Assembly (NCBI GenBank): GCA_020052415.1
Contig: JAGVPB010000078.1
Coordinates: 146,642-210,641, forward strand
Source: Bacteroidales bacterium
GTDB lineage: Bacteria; Bacteroidota; Bacteroidia; Bacteroidales; JAADJA01
Reading direction: 5' to 3'
Length of the DNA stretch: 64,000 nucleotides
The translations under genes were made by a program, and so were the position numbers. The notes below the pieces were generated by a model. The model saw nothing but the letters and a program-made list of their open reading frames with translations. It did not search any database and had not been told where the DNA came from. Shown one piece after another: positions 61,932 to 64,000 of the stretch (the first letter of the stretch is position 1; every line of letters begins with the position of its first letter).

Positions 61932-63131
61932 TTAATTTTCCATTACCTGTCTGTAAAAGTCCTCAAGCATTCGGATGATCTGAGGCATGTTGTGCTTTTC
62001 TTCAATCAGTTTTCTTGCATTTCTACCTAAAGTATCACAAAAAGCCCTGTCAGCAGTACATTTTTCGATGGCTGATAAAAATTCGTCAGGTGTATTGGCA
62101 ATTAATATATTTTCCTCATTTTTATAATCTATTCCTTCAGCTCCGATTTCAGTCGAAATTATAGCTTTTCCCAAAGCCATTCCCTCGATTATTTTAATTC
62201 GAATGCCGCTTCCTGAAAAAAGCGGTACTATCATTATTGCCTTAGAATTAATAAACTCCATAGCACTGCTAACATCGCCCAAAACTTCCACATTTACAAT
62301 TTGCATTTTTTTAAGCCTCTCCGGCATATTCCTGCCGGCAAGAAAGAGCTTAAGTTCTGGGAATTTCGGATGAACAAGCGGCCACACCTTCTCAAGAAAC
62401 CACTGAATCCCTTCAGCATTAGGAATCCAATCCATTGATCCCAAATGAAAAAGTGATGGAAATTCGTAATCATTCGAGAGAATATATTTATCAGAATTGA
62501 CACCGAAAGATAAGTCAGTCATCGGAATCCTGCATCCCTTTTCCAGGTAATATTTCTTATCCTGTTTACTGATAGTGGCAATTCCATCATATAGATTCAT
62601 GGCTGACAATTCATAATTCTTCAATTTGCGGGTAAGATATTCAAGATAAACTTTTTTTAACGGATTATTGGTTTTTTTCGAAATCCGGTTCCAAATCAGG
62701 TGTTCAATATTATGTGACCGCAGAATTATTTTAGCTTTTGAATGTTTTCGGATAGTTTCAACGTATGGTGTCATGTAAAGCATCTCAAGTTGTACAATAT
62801 CGAATTCTTGATTTTTAAGAACATCAGCTAATTTGCTATCAAACTCCCTGGAAATAAAACGATCCACATGAAGGGAGGATGACGAAAATAAATTCATGAG
62901 AGCTGCCAGAGGCTTTACACTCAAATCAATATAAATTAATTCAATTCCTGTCTTTTGATGGTATTCTTCAGGAATTTCCTTTACCGGAACAAAATATTTA
63001 TTTGTATTCATCGCCAAAACTTTAATATAATGACCGGCAGCAATCAACCCTTCAATATTCGCATTCATAGCCAGGGGTCCGCCTTCTTTTGGAGGATAGG
63101 GAGATTTATTGCAAATAAAAAGTATTTTCAT
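61932..63131 (-). CDS. Glycosyltransferase family 4 (GT-B, group 1)
   Basis: 399 aa. The sequence PLFSGSGIRIKIIEGMALGKAIISTEIGAEG carries the EX7E-type motif. The start shares one nucleotide with the upstream lptF/G stop. Confidence 0.8.
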   Translation of the reverse strand: MKILFICNKSPYPPKEGGPLAMNANIEGLIAAGHYIKVLAMNTNKYFVPVKEIPEEYHQKTGIELIYIDLSVKPLAALMNLFSSSSLHVDRFISREFDSKLADVLKNQEFDIVQLEMLYMTPYVETIRKHSKAKIILRSHNIEHLIWNRISKKTNNPLKKVYLEYLTRKLKNYELSAMNLYDGIATISKQDKKYYLEKGCRIPMTDLSFGVNSDKYILSNDYEFPSLFHLGSMDWIPNAEGIQWFLEKVWPLVHPKFPELKLFLAGRNMPERLKKMQIVNVEVLGDVSSAMEFINSKAIMIVPLFSGSGIRIKIIEGMALGKAIISTEIGAEGIDYKNEENILIANTPDEFLSAIEKCTADRAFCDTLGRNARKLIEEKHNMPQIIRMLEDFYRQVMEN

Positions 63132-64000
63132 CAGCTTTTTTTTCCAATCAGTTTACGATAAATCTTTAGCCAGGCATCTGCATCGAGCAGCGGGGAATCG
63201 GTCGTTGCCTTTATGGTTAAAAAAAATCCCAGGGGCAGCAATACCGCCGGGGCAATCCACATTCCGTAATTGGCATCTATCACTCCCGATTTTACCGACT
63301 TCTCGCCTGTAATGGAAATGATATGAAACATGACAAAAAACAGGACGGAAACAACAACAGGTAAACCAAGGCCGCCACGCCGGATTATTGCACCCAGCGG
63401 TGCTCCGATAAAAAACAATACAAAACAGGCTACGGAAAGCGTAAATTTCCTGTGCCACTCGGCCTGGTGCTTAAATATAATTTTTGTCTTTTCCTCTTTC
63501 TCTTTTTGATAGTTCTGAATATTTTGCCTTCCTTTTCTGAGTTCGTTCATTGCCATATCAAGCAGGTCGGAACGCTGGTTTTTATCGTAATCCGCAAGAA
63601 GATCGGAAGTATATGGTTTGGCTGGCTCGAAGGACTTTTGTCTCACCGAATCAATTCGCTGATAAAAATAAAATTCTCCGATCAAATGTTTTCTGACCTG
63701 TTCTTTTTTTTCATCCAATGCCAGGGTAAGGGAGTCTTCAGCTTTATCAAGCTGCCCGATATTCAGCATAGAATAATTGTTTTTAAAAAGATCCTCATTG
63801 GTTCGGGTCATTTCAAAATCAACGAGGTTAAATTTTCTGGTTTCTTCGCTGAACCTGGTTTGCTGATGAGGGCGGTTGAAGCGGTAATTCCTTTGGTCTG
63901 TCCTTTCGAGGTAATTGTATCCGCTGTAAAGGGTAAAAAGCAGGTTCATCCTGTCAGGTGTCATTTCCATCCGGCCCGAATCGGCTATAGTTACATTAAC
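63131..64000 (-). CDS. LptF/LptG-family (YjgP/YjgQ) LPS export permease, C-terminal part (gene continues past the right edge)
   Basis: The frame stays open to position 64000. The sequence WHRKFTLSVACFVLFFIGAPLGAIIRRGGLGLPVVVSVLFF...YGMWIAPAVLLPLGFFL gives the LptF/G C-terminal TM pattern. Confidence 0.8.
   Translation of the reverse strand, partial: VNVTIADSGRMEMTPDRMNLLFTLYSGYNYLERTDQRNYRFNRPHQQTRFSEETRKFNLVDFEMTRTNEDLFKNNYSMLNIGQLDKAEDSLTLALDEKKEQVRKHLIGEFYFYQRIDSVRQKSFEPAKPYTSDLLADYDKNQRSDLLDMAMNELRKGRQNIQNYQKEKEEKTKIIFKHQAEWHRKFTLSVACFVLFFIGAPLGAIIRRGGLGLPVVVSVLFFVMFHIISITGEKSVKSGVIDANYGMWIAPAVLLPLGFFLTIKATTDSPLLDADAWLKIYRKLIGKKS

Noticed and set aside
63153-63458. 101-aa alternative-frame ORF inside the lptF/G gene
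   Set aside because: It is nested in a CDS with a clear LptF/G transmembrane pattern, and its translation is Cys/Arg-rich and non-protein-like.

Overview
The window looks like a chromosomal segment of a Bacteroidota bacterium. Support: a SusC/SusD pair, a TonB-receptor/DUF4249 operon, a cargo protein with a canonical T9SS type-A C-terminal domain, Bacteroidales-type HU-like genes, TAnnTTTG -7 boxes upstream of several genes, and rpoN. Region 1-21.6 kb is accessory. It holds an OLD/AAA_15-like ATPase gene cut by the window edge, then three tandem HU-like genes with a phased palindrome array between two of them. Four co-directional giant secreted modular proteins follow. Their domains include Asp-box beta-propellers, PKD, CUB, GEVED, a LamG-like domain, and a GH57-like domain with starch-binding-like repeats. 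All four end in the same uncharacterised ~220-aa C-terminal module, whose tail is a dockerin-like double EF-hand. The first protein also carries a cohesin-like module. This array is the best candidate for an undescribed system, either a surface assembly/anchoring system or a new sorting domain. The array is split by an AT-rich minus-strand islet carrying YefM/YoeB and an AAA_21 ATPase + RloB (AbiL-like) pair. Region 21.6-64 kb is mostly housekeeping: dtd, an OsmC-like gene, DUF2723, lgt, dprA, DAHP synthase/chorismate mutase, asnS, rpoN, corA, a HAL-family lyase, hisS, ogt, GT4 glycosyltransferases and lptF/G. It is interrupted at 26.4-29.9 kb by a RAYT (REP-associated tyrosine transposase) element, an ORF-less miniature copy of it, and a family of short hairpin repeats. 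I recognised no rRNA, tRNA or CRISPR array. All domain calls come from reading the translations by eye; no searches were run.
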